From Amphiscolops sp. MND2022 (taxonomy: Eukaryota), in the NCBI GenBank assembly GCA_964187785.1, contig OZ076409.1:32800001-32864000 (forward strand): DNA of 64,000 bases, read 5' to 3'. Under the pieces are notes generated by a model that was not told the origin of the DNA, did not search any database, and saw nothing but the letters and a program-made list of their open reading frames with translations. Each line of letters starts with the position of its first letter. The first letter of the stretch is position 1. A program made the position numbers and the translations under genes. Below, in pieces: positions 62,601-64,000 of this stretch.

Positions 62601-62919
62601 TTTATTCGTTAAATTTCCAACAGTTCTGAAGAAATGCTTCATTCTAAATTGCTCAGATGATATAATAAAGTTTTTCTGCGATTCAATTTTTAATGTAGTT
62701 AAAGGAAACGTAAAGTTAGCGAAAGCGCTACAAAGTAAACTGTCAACCTTATCACGTGAGAAGAAAACTATGGAAAACTTATGCTCTAAGCGAAAAGTTT
62801 CAGTTAGAAGAAAACGCTACATACTTGCATCTACACGAGGCCTACGTTTGTTGAAGCTGATTCTCCCTTCAGTATCGAATCATTTAAAAATTTGTCATGG
62901 TATCGAACGGCAGCGTTAA
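62572..62919 (+). CDS. Small basic conserved Polinton protein
   Basis: IIKFFCDSIFNVVKGNVKL..RRKRYIL..G resembles the short ORF that follows the ATPase in animal Polintons (recalled pattern). It overlaps both neighbours. Confidence 0.65.
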   Translation: MSLQNYYTVDLFVKFPTVLKKCFILNCSDDIIKFFCDSIFNVVKGNVKLAKALQSKLSTLSREKKTMENLCSKRKVSVRRKRYILASTRGLRLLKLILPSVSNHLKICHGIERQR

Positions 62920-63598
62920 AGAATTCGTCCTAATAACTCAAGACGAATACAGCTTTTTGAAACATAAGGGACAGAAGGAAGATCAAAACTTGGACACTCG
63001 CGAAAAGCAAAAACGCAACTTTCTCGCTCAGTTTACTCCGAATCCAGAGGAGCCCCCATTACATTTAGAAGCAGACCCAAAGGAGGAAAATCCGACAATT
63101 CAACAAGAACAATCATTACTCGCTCAAATCAATTTGAATTCAAGGTTCCAAGAAAAGAAAAAAACGCTTGACACCAAAACATCAGAAAACTCTAGTACTG
63201 ATTACCAAGTGAACAATACACCGGACCGTGTTTTATCCAGTTTACTGCAGTCGGGAATAACGGGGGGAAAAATTGAGCGGTCCCGTCAAATATTGAAAGC
63301 AATCCAACAAAGTGAGCGAGTCTGCATCGACGAAAACACCCAGAGCATCTTTTTAGACCAACAGGACACGCGAATTGGTGTAACAGATTTCCTCACAGCT
63401 CTTCAAGTCAACACCAAGCAATTGCCAAAGCAACTTTTGAACTTGGTCGAAGTTCTCCGCCTGCCACAATATCTTTTAGCGAATACGTACGCCAGACAAA
63501 CAAGTTCTCAAATTCAATCGAGGTTGGCTTCAGGTGAGTCTGTGGCGAAACGAATCAAGCTCGATACCGAACCTAACAGCAGTTGGTTGACAATTTGA
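62897..63598 (+). CDS. Polinton ORF of unknown function (233 aa)
   Basis: Intact ORF between the small basic ORF and the integrase. Starts KEFVLI and ends W-x-x-I, with an acidic/Gln-rich middle. Confidence 0.7.
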   Translation: MVSNGSVKEFVLITQDEYSFLKHKGQKEDQNLDTREKQKRNFLAQFTPNPEEPPLHLEADPKEENPTIQQEQSLLAQINLNSRFQEKKKTLDTKTSENSSTDYQVNNTPDRVLSSLLQSGITGGKIERSRQILKAIQQSERVCIDENTQSIFLDQQDTRIGVTDFLTALQVNTKQLPKQLLNLVEVLRLPQYLLANTYARQTSSQIQSRLASGESVAKRIKLDTEPNSSWLTI

Positions 63599-63609
63599 AC
63601 CTTTTCACA

Positions 63610-64000
63610 ATGGGTGCGAGGAAGAAGAAATGGTTTTGTGGATCATGTCAAAAAAATTTGGGCAAAGGATCAAAAATCTGCCCCACAGTATGGTGTCATA
63701 TTTGCGGTTGGGTTCACTTCAAGTGTGCCGGTATCAAAACCATCAGTGAAAATAATGACAACTTTATATGTACAAATTGCTCAAAAAAGAGAATTTTGAT
63801 TGAGAATGATGACTCGTACGAGGCAGCATTTAACAAGATTCACGATTCCTACACCAATACTCAGAAAGCCACAGCATTCGGGAGCCGGCAAAATTTGATA
63901 AAAGCTACAAAATGTTCTCCCAAACAAGTGGACAAGTACTTGCATGCAAGCGAGACCTATACGAAATTCAAGATGGCTAAGAAACGTTTCATCAGACTCA
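63610..64000 (+). CDS. PHD-finger-fused retroviral-like (Polinton c-integrase) protein, truncated by the window end
   Basis: Hand translation from ATG 63610 is open to 64000: MGARKKKWFCGSCQKNLGKGSKICPTVWCHICGWVHFKCAGIKTISENNDNFICTNCSKKR...IHDSYTNTQKATAFGSRQNLIKATKCSPKQVDKYLHASETYTKFKMAKKRFIRL. It shows C4HC3 spacing followed by the Y..(S/A)FG..L..V..L..YT..K..F.R integrase leader. The DDE core lies outside the window. Confidence 0.8.
   Translation, partial: MGARKKKWFCGSCQKNLGKGSKICPTVWCHICGWVHFKCAGIKTISENNDNFICTNCSKKRILIENDDSYEAAFNKIHDSYTNTQKATAFGSRQNLIKATKCSPKQVDKYLHASETYTKFKMAKKRFIRL

Larger units (their letters stand above)
59548..64000 (+). mobile_element. Polinton/Maverick (adintovirus-like endogenous virus), left end
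   Basis: AGTAGT terminus at 59548, then a G-run and subterminal tandem repeats. Compact, intron-free, partly overlapping plus-strand ORFs including an A32-like ATPase and a Polinton-type integrase N-terminus. Confidence 0.88.

Noticed and set aside
63614..63799. 61-aa ORF from the ORF track
   Set aside because: Shadow frame of the PHD-integrase ORF that starts at 63610.

Overview
Repeat-rich, intron-containing eukaryotic DNA, most likely from an invertebrate animal; no prokaryotic features were seen. From left to right: (1) a decayed Bel/Pao-like LTR retrotransposon (1-4283, minus). (2) A complete but frameshifted Bel/Pao element (5014-11457, minus) with both LTRs, a tRNA-Trp PBS and a near-perfect 5-bp TSD. 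Part of its 5' LTR plus flanking DNA has been amplified into a 7 x ~1345-bp tandem array (to ~20490), and each unit carries a tRNA-like Pol III cassette. (3) A spliced, lightly decayed gene that fuses a Suv4-20-type (H4K20) SET methyltransferase, zinc fingers, a tyrosine recombinase and a Myb-like tail (27693-31060), probably a Crypton-like mobile element; this is the best candidate for an undescribed system. (4) A host iRhom (RHBDF-type inactive rhomboid) gene on the minus strand and a multi-C-type-lectin gene on the plus strand, both packed with piggyBac-like, hAT, Tc1/pogo MITE and Helentron-like inserts. (5) The left end of an intact-looking Polinton/Maverick (adintovirus-like) endogenous virus from 59548 to the window end. 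It encodes a PLA2-like protein, an A32-type packaging ATPase and an integrase ORF with an N-terminal PHD finger that the ORF track missed. All calls come from motif reading by eye; no searches were run, and boundaries marked ~ are approximate.
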